NCBI GenBank assembly: GCA_964016885.1
Contig: OZ024740.1
Span: 298,778,001-298,842,000, forward strand
DNA: 64,000 nt
Reading direction: 5' to 3'
Origin: Eledone cirrhosa
Lineage: Eukaryota
Shown piece after piece: positions 14,163 to 27,267 of the stretch (position 1 is its first letter; every line of letters starts with the position of its first letter). Both the position numbers and the translations under genes were made by a program. Below the pieces are notes generated by a model. That model searched no databases, was not told the origin of the DNA, and was given only the letters and a program-made list of their open reading frames with translations.

Positions 14163-14423
14163 GAAGAGACTGGCTTAGTTTAGAAGATGTCTGAAAGAAC
14201 ATATTCATTTGTTCTAGAAAAACTTTAACCTAGGTATAAAATAGCTAAGGATAGACTGCTACTTGACTTTAGTAATGAAACTGGTGAATTTAAATTGAAA
14301 CCAATGCTAATCTATCAGTTTGAAAATGCTAGGATTTTGAAAAGGAAGCCAAATGGAATACTAGTTATTTAGAAAGCAAACAAAACAGTTTAGATTACTG
14401 CAGCTATGTTTCAACATTGGTTT
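14163..14423 (+). pseudogene. pogo/Tigger DDE transposase relic (element probably ~13800-14800)
   Basis: EETGLV*KMSERTY...PRYKIAKDRLLL..SNETGEFKLKPMLIYQFENAR...KANKTV*ITAAMFQHWF matches the Tigger pattern DETGLFWK..P.RT...K.SKDRLTL...NA.GDFKLKP..IY.SENPR...N.KAWMT...F..WF; several stops. Confidence 0.85.
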
Positions 14424-16103
14424 ATTGTTCATTTTTTCTTTTGCAGTTAAAGAAGTTTGGGTCAGGAATAATTTATCATTTAATTTAAAGCATTGTCAAT
14501 TGTAGAAAAGTTCCTGGATATCTTTCTCTTGAAATTAAAGAAGTATTTCTGCCTCCAAATACCTCAAGTGACATTTTGTCCTTAATTTACCACATTCTGT
14601 CTCGGGCCATTTGCACCTATGTGTTTTTATTATTGGAAATAATTCCAGTGACTCTTCAAGTGACATAAAGATTGATATGACTGTATTTCTCCTTATATTT
14701 AGGGTGCCACAATTCCCCATAAAAAAAAAAATAACTCACATGCAAATGGAACCTTTAAAAATTCCACTTTTATACCCTTTTACAATAATGCAACCAATAT
14801 GAAGCTTGAGGATTATCTGGATATATCTTTAATCCTTTTGATATCAAACTGCACTAGATTTATGATACAAACTTGTTCATTTTAAAATGTTCTAAGCCTG
14901 CTATCATAATTTTATTTTAGAAATTATTGTGTTCTACTTATCAGCTTACTAATGGAAAACTTGCTGCTGTTGTTGTTGTTTCTTCTTCTTCTTCTTCTTC
15001 TTCTTCTTCTTCTTCTTCTTCTTCTTCTTGAGAGGGTCGTGGGGGCAGAGTCCTCAAATACTCCTTTCAGCGGGTCCTGTCAGAAGCAACCATCACCAAG
15101 CGAGACCAGCCAAGCTCAGAGTCTACCCCTGGGTCTTTTGCTGGTTTGCCTGTAAAATCTGTGCAGTGATTCTTTCAAAATTTTGGTGTATTTCTTTAGT
15201 AACATGGGGTAAATTTTAGTTTTTGCATATTCTCTGAAGCTTTACTCTCTCTTGCCAACAGGAACGCAGCCACCCATTTCAATCCGATACTCTGTCTACC
15301 ACTGTTCTGAGTGGTAACCCAATGTCTATACACATGTGAGTGACCAACATGGTCTGGAGTTTAGGAAGGTCTGGTGGGATACTAATATTACATAGTTATT
15401 GCATAACCTTCTTATTACATGACCAAACTATTTCAATATCTTCCTTTTTAGTATACACTTTATTATTGGTTTATTGAATTATTAATCAATTTTACTTATT
15501 TGTTTCTTGTTTATTCTAAATTATGTATGTTTATAATTTATACCTTTCTGTTAAAATAACATCAAAGTAGCTTTTTTTTTAAAAGGAAATTTTATAGTTT
15601 TGTGAAAAGTGAAATATTTATGAACATTGGGTGGAAGCTATGTATGAAATTTCTTTCTTAAATTTCCAACACTAATGGTTTCTGTAAATCTGTTTGATAC
15701 AAACTACCTCTGGTTCTGTGATACAAAACCGTTTAAGTTAAACTGTTTATCTATATTCTACTAAAGCTGTGATTGCTTGCTTGTATGTAATGTAAAAAGG
15801 GTGCATAATGGGAAAATACTTTGAAAGGAAGTTCACCCTGAAATGGGGGATACAAATGGAATAAAATAAGTTTTGTGTAAATCGGTGCATGGGTTCCCGA
15901 GATATGGGGGTTTTCTGGGTACCTTCATAAACAGAGAAAAAGAGACAGTGGTTGTGAGAGAGTAGATTGAAAGAGACATAGAGAGAGGGAGAGGAGACAG
16001 AAGGAGAATGGAAGAGAGAGAGAGAGCTAGTGGTGTTGTGTGTGTCTATGACCAGTGTATATAGATCACAGACATCCACATATATATATACACATACACA
16101 CAT

Positions 16104-17410
16104 ACATCATCATCATCATCATCATCATCGTTTAACGTCCATCTTCCACGCTTGCACGGGTTTGGATGGGAGTTTTCTCACTTGAGGCAAGATTGGTTGT
16201 CCTGCTCGTATAGGACTGTCTGGCGGGTTTTCTACGGCTGGATGCCCTTCCTAACACCAACCACGTTTACAGTGTGGACTGGGAGGTTTTTACCGTGTTA
16301 CCTACACGGCAACATTACAGCGTGGACTGTGTGTTTTTTTGTTGTGACACCTACACGACCTCATTTGTTTCGGACTGGATGTTGTGGTACCAAAATAACT
16401 TTACATTGAAGGGGGTGGTGTGGATGGGGTGGGGGTAGTGGGACAGGGGTGTATTTTTGTTAGAGGGGCCTACTGACTGTAGGTTTCGCTTTGTACTTAG
16501 GCAAGGCGGGTCTTCTGTATTACTGTGTAGTGTGCCAAAGATCTCGGTCCAGTGACATTGTCTTGGAGAGGTGTATGTGTGTGAGGTCGGAATTTATCAA
16601 GTCGTCCCAGGTTTTTCTGGGTCAGCCTACTCCGTGGCTACCGTCTATTTTTATCGCCCTGCACTTTTTTATACAGCTGTCGTCTTTCATGCGCATCACG
16701 TGACCGTACCAATGTAGTCTTCTCTCGAGTAAACAACATCTGATCCCTCTTATTCCTAATTTCTCCCTTAGTTCGTTTATGCTTTGCCGTTCACATATAT
16801 TACTATTACACATCCAGCGGAGCATGCAAGCTTTGTTCCTCTCCAGTCTGCGTATATCCTCTGCACACAATGCCCAGGTCTCACTGCCATGTAACATTGC
16901 TGTTCGTATGCAGGCATCATACAGCCTGTCTTTCATTTTTAGAGAGAACCCTTTAGCGGCCAATAGTGGTATAAGCTCTCTGGACTTTTTCCATCCCGTT
17001 CTGTCTCTAGCTACTGTACTTTCAGAGCACCCTCCCCCACTGCTGATTTTGTCACCCAGATAACGGAAGGTGTCCACCATTTCTATAGAACCATCTGTGC
17101 AATGGAATGAGCTAGTATTCTGTGGGCACTTGCTGCTACTTATTGCACCAGAGCACCGGCCACATATAAAATCTATATTCTTAGTTAGCTTACCTGTGAT
17201 CCCACTACATCTTTTATGCACCCATACTTTGCATTTGGGACATAAAATGGAGTTTCTGCCTACTCCTTTCCTACACACTGAGCATGGCCATTTCCCAGAT
17301 GGGACTGGTGCCCTATTTTCCTTCCTACAAACTAGAACTTTAGTCTTAGACAAGTTAACTTTAAGGCCTTTTGATTCTAGGCCATGCTTCCATGTTTGGA
17401 ATTTCTTCTC
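16104..17410 (-). mobile_element. RTE-clade LINE, 5'-truncated, (GAT)n tail
   Basis: GLKVNLSKTKVL, PHD-like Cys/His finger, FRYLG, MLHGSETW, RLHWYGHVMRM; 3' UTR ending GGACGTTAAAC(GAT)n. Confidence 0.9.
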
Positions 17411-18623
17411 TATATATTTCTTCTCTCTATATATAAATGTATGCACACACACACACATTTATATATATACATACATACACGTATATATAACCTTCCAGTT
17501 TCATTTCACATTATATACATGACTGTATATTTTAATTATTTAAAAATTATTTTTAAGTGAACATGATTTAAAAAAAATATTTTGAAGCTCACAGGTGGTC
17601 TAGTATTTATCTAAAAATCTTCCATTATAATTTTATGAAAGAACCTTTGTTAAGTTATATTCCAGACATCAACTTAATAATGAGAAAGTAAGATACATTA
17701 TTAAATCCTTCTAAATTCTTGATTATTTAAAAAATTAAAGTGTTTTCATTAGAAATATGTAATGATGAGGTTAATCATATTCATCATATTTGAACCTTTT
17801 CTTGTTGAATGGTGGTAAGCTCTTAGAAAGTTCTGTTTGAAATGTGGTTTCAGGTTATGGTGGAGCTATTCCACTTAATTAGCTCTTTGTGTCCCTGAGT
17901 AACAGTTGAACATTTAACTGTAACAATCTCACTACTCATGGAGAATCTGCAAATGTCATGAGTGGTGGAGACTTCTGGCTTTCTTGGTCCCTGTACCACC
18001 TCCTTACTCACTGCTGTTGGGGAGGAGTTGGCCACCTGCTGGAGTGAGCCCTGTGAGTTGGAATGATTATTTCAATGCATCTCCTTTGCTATTTCTCTAG
18101 GGCAATGCACACTTCATTCTGTCCTCTGGGACCATGAGGTGGTTTGCACCTGGGGCTCTACATGCCAGATAACATTCTCTCATACTGTCCATACTTGTAT
18201 CATTGAGTATTCTTTCTAATATTTCTGTTGTATTTAGACTCACTGTCATTATTTACTTTCACCCATGATTCAATATATCACAAGATAAAATAAGTGTGTG
18301 TGTTGTAATGTGTCGATTGTCAAGGCACTCTCACCGGCTCAGTTCACTTATTTGTGAATAGGTAAAAAGGTGCCATCTGCATAACTGGTTTTTCCTCTTA
18401 TCAATGAAGAAACATAATTAATGAATCAACTCCCAGAATGAATATTTTTTTTCCCACTGCTACATGAATGACTACATGTGTTCTGCTTTAAACTATCCAT
18501 TAAATATATGACAAAAGAATCAATAGAGATTTTGACAAAATACCATGTGGTGTTTGGTTATATTCCTTTATGCTCTGATTTCAAATCCTGCTATGCCTTT
18601 CATCATAAAATAAGTGCTGGAAT

Positions 18624-18682
<59 letters not shown>

Positions 18683-19858
18683 TATTATTACTCAATAGAG
18701 TGTATAGCATGAAGAGTCACTCCAGGTAAAGCTGCTATTTCTTTGATTTGAGAGATCACAACTCTAATACTATGGACATTTGTTTAGAATGTCTAAAGAA
18801 AGAATTGCAGGACATATTTTACAGGCAAAACTATCTGGCAAGAGACCCAGGAATTGATCCTGATAGTTTGATAACATCCATAAGTTCAGATGGTGCTCCT
18901 TGAGGATGTAGCAGGATCAATTCTGACAGGACCCACTGGAAGGTGTTTTTGAGGACTCCACCCTCATGACCTCCCCAGGAATAAGTGGGCAAAGAAGATA
19001 AAGAAGGTGGCTCTATAACCAAAGGCATTCTAGCTACAATCTTTTATCTATCAGAAACTTCATTGTCCAATGTGTTCTTCCTTTTCTGAGATGGTAGGGT
19101 GTAATATATGTAAAAATGGATTTTCCAGTGTATGGTACACGTTACTGTGCCAGAAATGGAATCCTTTACTGAACAATAATATGTCTAACATCCTTATTAA
19201 GATGATTACTAAGAGCTACAGTGGAAAATATTTTCTCCTAGACTGAGATCTAATTTATTTACATAAGTTCAATCTGAAACAATAAGCTGGTGGTGATTTA
19301 AGTTTGTTAGAAAATATTTTGAAATTCAATTTAATCTTCATTTTAAAACCCTTTCTTACCACTTGTCTTTTCCTCCTTTCCAATTTTAGAACATATATAT
19401 CATATGTGCTTTTGCATAGTCTCAATTTTTACTGCTCTCTCTCTCTGTGTTTGAGTATCATTCATAGATGTATGTTTCTTGTGCATATGTTTGTCTGATT
19501 GTCTTTCTGAATGTGAAAGATTTACTGAATTTTGTGTCTGTCTAATAATTATATCTTTGTCAGACATAGGCAAACATGTGAACACATATGTATGTGTTAG
19601 TATATGTCTGGTGTAGGTAAATGCACACATATATGTGTATTTGTATCTATACACACACACACATTGAGGTGTGTGTATTTGAGTGTATTTGTGCATGTAT
19701 ATGTGTTTAAATAATATGCATGTCATATTTGTTATAAGTATATGTCATCATCATCATTTTACGCCCGCTTTACCCTGCTTGCAAAGGTGGGACATATAAA
19801 TACATACACATATATATATATATATATACATACACACACACACATGCATAAAGGTCTG

Positions 19859-19894
<36 letters not shown>

Positions 19895-19994
19895 CATATG
19901 CATATATGTCTGTATATATATATGTGTGTGTGTGTGTGCGTCTATCTAGCTGTTGAAACGGACGGAACTCAGCTGTCGGGGCCCTGAATCTTTT

Positions 19995-19995
19995 C

Positions 19996-20069
<74 letters not shown>

Positions 20070-20657
20070 ATATATGTGTGTATTTATATATTTATATATA
20101 TGTGTGTGTATATATATATATTTACGTATATGTATTTATACATTTATATATATGTATATAATAAATAACAAAGAACGCCTATAGCATATGCATATCTTTA
20201 CTTGCTAACATTGTTTCATCCGCACTATACGTGGGACTCATCAGAGCATAAAGGTTAATTACATACCACACAAGCAATAACAAATCCAAGACATTGAAGA
20301 ATGAAAAATAATAGAAGATAAAGGAAGTAATATATATATATATACATATATATATGTATTTATATATTTATATATATGTATTTATATATTTATATATATA
20401 TGTATTTATATATTTATATATTTATATATGTGTATTTGTTTATTTATATATTTATATATGTGTATTTATATATTTATATATATATGTATATATATATGTG
20501 TATAAATATATATTTATGTGTATATATGTATTTATATATATATATATGTATTTTTTATATATATATATAAATATATATAAACATATAAATACATATATAT
20601 ATATGTATATATATGTATTTATATATATATGTATATTTATGTATTTATATATATATA
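19995..20657. repeat. Compound (TA)n microsatellite tracts surrounding a 170-bp insert
   Basis: Direct inspection. Many similar TA/CA tracts occur, e.g. 29500-29640 and 49540-49725. Confidence 0.95.
20203..20248 (-). ncRNA. Minimal type I hammerhead ribozyme
   Basis: UGCU-CUGAUGA-GUCCCAC(GUAUA)GUGCGGAU-GAAAC-AAU-GU-U-AGCA: 4-bp stem I, complete core, 7-bp stem II with one bulge, 2-bp stem III, GUU cleavage triplet. Confidence 0.82.
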
Positions 20658-21728
20658 CTAGCACAACTGCTATTTAATACCCGGCGTTGCTCGGGTATTA
20701 AATAGCAGTTGTGTATACCATTCATGTCAATACTTCAGTGCTGCTTCGAAAACTATACTTTTACAAAATCATCGGCTTTTTCCAAAAGGGGGTGCCTGCC
20801 CCCAGGGGTCCCCTACTCAATATGTGCCAATTCTGAGAGTTCACATTCATCTGTAGAACAAATGTAGCCCTTGTGTGAAGTTTTGTGAAAATCGGTTGCG
20901 AACTCCAGAAGTTATGACGTTTTGTTGCATTGCACTGCAGTGCTTCAGTCGACTCCAAGAAAGTGGTTAAAGGGGGTTATCTGCCGGGACGCCCTATAAT
21001 CAATATCTGGAAAAATGAAAGTGTCCATGACCATCTGGAGTACATAAGTAACCTATGTCTTAAGTTTGGTGAAAATACTGTAGAAATGCATGAGGTTTAT
21101 ACATACGCGTGTGTGTGTGTGTGTGTGTGTTTGTGGGTGTGTATGTATGTATGTGTATGTCCGTCGGGGCATACGTATGTACTGGCCTAAATCTTCACTA
21201 TTTACTTTTACTATTTTAATAACCTCTGTCATTTTCGTTTTCAATTTTATTTACATCATTCTTAAATTCCGGGCCTGAAAATCATTTTGTTATGTTAAAT
21301 AGAATATTAGTCTAACGACTCCATTTATACCATAAACTTGGTCTTGTCTTTGCATGAAATTGTTCTTCTCGCTCCACATAACGACATACTATCCTCACTT
21401 TTTTCCCGTTCATTGCCAGGGAACGTCTTCACGAACCAAAATATCGTCTTCCTGTTGTCGTTCGGTTGCAATGTTTCTCGAAATATTTACTTCTGCATTC
21501 ACAGATTACTCTCAGTTCAATTTGAATGGGAAATTCCTGTTTCATCGATTTTCTACGTAACCATGGAAGCTTGTAGCTTGAAAGTCGACCCAACGCTTCC
21601 TCGGGTCATTCTGCATAACTGTGTAAATTTTCGCTGCATTCCACCAAGCTGTTTCGACGTTTATCCGACTACACCTACTTACTTACTTAAATATACAACG
21701 TCCAACCACTTCCAATTTATATAGTAGA
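20658..21728 (-). mobile_element. Non-autonomous Helitron
   Basis: The minus strand starts A|TCTACTATATAA and ends hairpin-CTAG|T, inside a TA microsatellite, with no TSD. Confidence 0.75.
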
Positions 21729-22417
21729 TATATATATATATGTATTTATATATGTATAGATGTATTTATATATATATATATATAATTATCATCATCATCA
21801 TTTTACGTCCGTTCTTCCATGCTAGCATGGCTTAGATGGCATATATATATAATTTCATATAAGTATTTATAAAGACATATATTTATGCACACATGTACGC
21901 ACACAGAAACACACACACATTATATCTCCCCCACATTCCTATTTCATACCTATTATTTTATTAACTAACATACTTCTTCAAATATAATATTTGATGGGAG
22001 GACGAAATGTCACTTAGATTTATAATTTCAACAAGAATCTCCTTGTCGGCTGGTATGGCCTACTACTACCAGTACATAGAACAATACAGAAATAGAAAAA
22101 AATCTGGTTCATATCAGTATTTATCAAATCATACCTAGATGCCATCTATGACTCAAATGATGAAGTTGTTATATCTTGATGGCTTTAAACTGATTTTTCT
22201 TGCTCTTGTTATTGTTTGAATGTGTGTATTTATTACTGTTGCTGTTGTTGTTATTAATGTTGTTATTATTATCATCTCTTTTGTTTTCTCTTCCTTTCTG
22301 TAATTTTCTACTTCAATTGAAAATGTTCCTTACATTATAAATTAGCTTTTATTTTATTTTTTAAAAAGTCCTCCTTTGTACGAAGCTGTCTTCTTTTCAT
22401 TTCTTATCTGTTTACTT

Positions 22418-22430
22418 ATTATTATTATTA

Positions 22431-22474
<44 letters not shown>

Positions 22475-22483
22475 GTTGTTGTT
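22418..22483. repeat. (ATT)n-(GTT)n microsatellite
   Basis: Direct inspection. Confidence 0.95.
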
Positions 22484-25400
22484 GTTCTTTTTTTGGTGAA
22501 TTTTTCTTTTCTATTGTTATTTAAGAAGTTGTCTTGTAATTTTTTCATTCTTTTTTTTCTCCCTTTAAAACTATTGAAAAAGTTGCTCAATGTTTTATTT
22601 TGTCTGTATATTTAAAATGAAATGGGTCGGGGCAGGAGAGAAGTATGAGCGCATGCATGCATATATGTGTGTGTGTGTATGCTTATTTGTGTTTAACTTC
22701 ACTTTTCTTTACTAGAATAGTCTGTTATAGATTTGATAAATAGATTGAAAATTGTAATCTTTCATACTAGTTCATAGAAATACTGCAACTGTTTTTTTAT
22801 GATATTCTTGTCTTCCATAGTTCATTTCAAAGATTTCTGCATTTTATTTTGAATTTTCATAATTCATCCAGAAACTTGTTGAATTTCATTTCTCTGCTAT
22901 ATTTCTCATTTCCTCTTTTCATTCTTCTACTCTGCTATTTTGCATTTGTTTTTCTATTCTTAACACATGCATGTTCACTCTCTATGTTGACCATAATTTT
23001 GTCATCATCCACATGATCATCGTCACTATTGCTTCATAATGTGCTGTTTTTCCTTTAATTTCCATTGATAGCGTGAGTCATCACAACAAACTTGTTTGTG
23101 TGTCATTTTTTCATTCAACTTAATTCATTTTCTCATCTGTGAAAAGCAGATGTTACATTTAAAATTTTTTGATATCAAACTGCCTGAAACCACCCCATTT
23201 CTATGAGACTGAGTTGTTTATTTTAAAGTGTTTATATTTGTCTAAAAACTGTCCTTCATAATTTTATGTAAGAACCTTTATTAAGTTATAGTCCATACAA
23301 TAAATTAATAATAAGTAAGTCAGTTACATTGCTACTCCTCCCCTTATTTCTTGATTATTTTCATCAGGACTTGGAAATTATTAGTAGTATCTTTCCTTAG
23401 AAATATGTTAACGAATGGGTTAAATACTATCAAAATATAGAACTTGTTCTATCATCATCATTATTATCGTTTAACATCCATCTTTTACGCTAGCATGGAT
23501 AGACCGGGTTGACCCTTAGGAAGAAAATCAGGTCAGAGGAGCTTGTTTAGCTCACCAAGGGCAGAATTTGGCTTGGTTTCTGCAGCTGAATGCCCCTCCT
23601 AACGCCAATCACATTTACAGTGTGTGCTGGGTGCCTTTTGTCATGTCACTTACACAACCACATTACAGCGTGAACTGGGCACATTTTGTTGTATCGCCGA
23701 CACAACCATTTTACAGTGGGGAGATCTACGTATTTTCAAGTACTAGGTTATAGGAATAAACTTTTTTTTTTAACACACAGAACAGAACACTATTCACAAT
23801 CCATTTCCGATTCTTTTCACCAGGTGAAAGTCTGTGAATTGACAGAAATGCCAGTATATTGAACAAATTGTTTTGGGTATTACAGTATTTATTCTGGCTC
23901 CTTGGATTTGGATTTCAAATTCTGCTGAGTTTAAGATTTGCTTTTCTTCTTTCTAGGATTGATAAACAAAGCATCAATTAAGACTGTTGGGCTGGCAGGA
24001 TTGTTAGAGCTTTGGAATATTTGTTTCAATTCTTTGCACTCTAAGTTCAAATTCTGCCATAGCCTACTTGGGTGGTAGATATGATCTGTTATTCAGTTTA
24101 ACATCATTATATGATCATTGGGTTCCTTTAGCAAAGACCACTATTACATGCATTCTTGTCATGCCTCTGGCTTGCCATTCCACCAATCTAAACTGATAAA
24201 AAAAACCATTTATTCCTCTTAATGTCTCATTAGTACAGTCAATTGTCATAGGTATACATACGCTCTCTATATATAGTGTTCTGTTATATATTGTAACCAA
24301 TGTTATCAATATTTAACCACCAACTAAATACTTGTTTGCTAACAATTCCCAATTTGTTTTTTAGTCCATCCTATTGTGTTAGCCTTTTTGGTACCTAACT
24401 GTTTGTTTTAAAGTGTTTATATTGAAAACAAAAAAACAAAAACAAAAACAAAAACCACTTCTTTCATAATTTTATGTAAGAACCTTTGTTAAATTATTTT
24501 CCAAACACCCACTGAATAACAAGAAAGTTGGTTCTATTGCTAAATCCTTCATGTTACTTGATCATTTTCTAAATTATTTGAAAATCACAGTGTCATTCAT
24601 TAGTAATATGGCAATGAAAAGATTAAATAGTACATATATATATGTGAAGCAACATCTGATTAAATGCATGTAATCTTAATTTATGTGCACACTGCTGCCA
24701 TGGACGTATATATTTATATCTGATCCACATTGGTACAGTTAGAAGATTTAATATTTATCTGTGACTACATTTTTCAAAGTGTCCTTCCTTTATTTAAGAT
24801 GTAAAGTTATGTGAAATGTGGTTATTATTTTTAGCCAGTTAAGTGACCATGTTAAGATTATCATTGACTCTAAGGCATATTGCATGCATGCATGGTCCTG
24901 TAACTCCTGAAGGAGTCGTAGGGGTGCCATATCAACATTCAGCATTTCTAGGGCAATTTTTAAAATGTAGCAGAGCCCATCCCTGCTCCAGGTGTCCCCT
25001 CCATCTCCCTATCTCTCTGAGTGTGTCGCTTTTACCATAATTTCAGCAACTGCTGACTAACTGACCATGTCTATACTACTCCCACCTACCTACATGATGT
25101 ACCCACCTTTCCTTTTCATGTAGCTTTGTGCCCCACCTTTCATATCCTGTATTAGATACTTTTTCTATTCCTTCATCTCTAGACTGCACCTTTCTGGAAT
25201 CACCCTTTCTGACTATGCCCTTCCTCTTTCAAGGGTTCAGGCTAAAAATGAATTTCCTCACTTTCATTCTCCAGCATAAGAAAGCATGAGTAATGCTAGT
25301 CTTTTAAATTTTCTTATCAATACTTATAATAAATAGTGAAAAACATTCCTGATTACTATGATATTAAAAACACTTAAATCCTTTCATCTTTTTAAGAAGA

Positions 25401-27103
25401 ATGTCTCTTGAAAATGCCTTTTCCATAAGCTAACAAGAAAACCTCCTCTAAGCAATTGCTTGTTCTGCCTGATATCTCACACACAATTCCACATAACACT
25501 AATGGCTTAAATATATTTATTCACTATCATCCTTTTGTTTAATCTGCTTTTTCATGCTTGCATAGGTTTGTTTTCTTAGAACTCTATTTCCTTAGAATTC
25601 ACACCCACCCAACTCCCATATGCTCTCAAACTAGTAATCTGCAACAAGTGTGCTCTGATGATAATCTCACCTAGTTATTTCTATTACACAGTCTAAGAAG
25701 GCTTAACAAAAAAAAAAAAAATAGAAAAAAAAAAGTGGGTGTTATAGCACTGTTCTTCACCTACTTCTTCCTTGACTAAGAAATAATAAAAAAAATTCTC
25801 TGTGTGAGAGAAAGAGAAAGATAGAGAGATGAAAAAAAATTCTAGAAGTAAATTTTGGAACTCAGCAGTTTTACTATTCAACTGCATAAAAATTTCCTCA
25901 TGAATTTTCAAAAAGTTTATTTTAACATTATACAGTCAGTTAACATCTCTTCAACTTTTGCCGTAAGCAAGTCTAAATTTATGATCTAAAATCCAATTGT
26001 GTGTTGCAAAGTGGCTAATCATACACTTCACTTGGGATTTAGTCAGAGAATCTATTTAGATGGGGAAAAAAAGAAAGAAAAATAAAGACAAACACACACA
26101 CATTCACATATATGCACACAAACGCACACACAAATTATTCTTTGCTATATCAAGATGGAAAGGTACCACACTTTCCAACTGTCATATTTCTTAAAATATA
26201 AACATGGAGTTGTTTAAAATTCTAAAACTGCTCTCATTTTTTCTAATTTTTTTTCTTGTTTAAGTATATTTTATTAAAGAAAAACAAGCAGAAAAGACAT
26301 AGAGGAAACTTCTAAATGAAGGCAAAAATATATTTTACAAAGCTGCACTTTACATATGAATACATTTTCTTGTCTTTTCATTAATTCAAGTAGTTGAAGA
26401 TAAGGATAATTTAGTGAGGCTATGGGAAATTTTGTTTAATACAAATTGTTGGAAATTAGTCATTGGAAGAAAAAATGTGGAACAGAAAAGAGTTGTTTAG
26501 CCTCCAGGTCAGCATTCTTCAACCAGACCCATAATTAATGGTTTTGATATTAAGCTACGTGGCACCACCCCTGGTTATATGATACAAAACTATTTATATT
26601 TATTTAAAAACTGTCCTCTATAATTCAAGTTATGCTCAATATGCCAGCTTAATATTGTGAAGTTTTTGATTACTTTAAAATTATTTGATAATTATAGGCA
26701 ATATTTTTCATTAGAAATATGTTTATAAAAGATTAAAGGTGTTCCAGCCATGACCATCCCACCCTTCATGCATAGAGTATCTAAGACTAACCACATCATC
26801 GAATGTGTCTTTCTTCTTCTAAGAGGATGTGGTGTGATTTAAAGTAGATTTCGCTGCTAGTTATAGTAGGCCAAGGAACTGTGTAGTGGCTCTCTCATTA
26901 TCTTGCACATCTTGTAGTTGTGACATGCTGCAGGCTTAGGAATAAAAAAAGACAACAACAAACAAATAAACTAAGAACTGCTTATGTAAAATCTGTAATG
27001 CTTTAGCTTCTGATTCTTTATCGTTAATGAAATGTTTATCTATGTTGTCAAATTGTAATGTCCAATAGCTATTTACTGTTCATATCTCTTATCTATATTT
27101 CAG

Positions 27104-27267
27104 GTTCATCTTCTATGGCTTCTGTATGTGGTGGAAGTCTTGCCTTAATGGATGCTGGTGTTCCAATTAAGGAAGCTGTGGCTGGGGTAGCTATGGGTCT
27201 TGTCACAAAGATGTCTGAAACAAAATCCAATGTGATTGAAGATTATAGGATCATGACAGATATTTTG
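27104..27267 (+). CDS. PNPT1: PNPase exon, second RNase PH domain ([21 protein letters not shown]...TDIL)
   Basis: Translation carries the PNPase phosphate-binding GSSS motif and the AVAGVAMGL motif. Acceptor tttcag ends at 27103 (phase 1); donor gtaaat starts at 27268 (phase 0). Confidence 0.96.
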
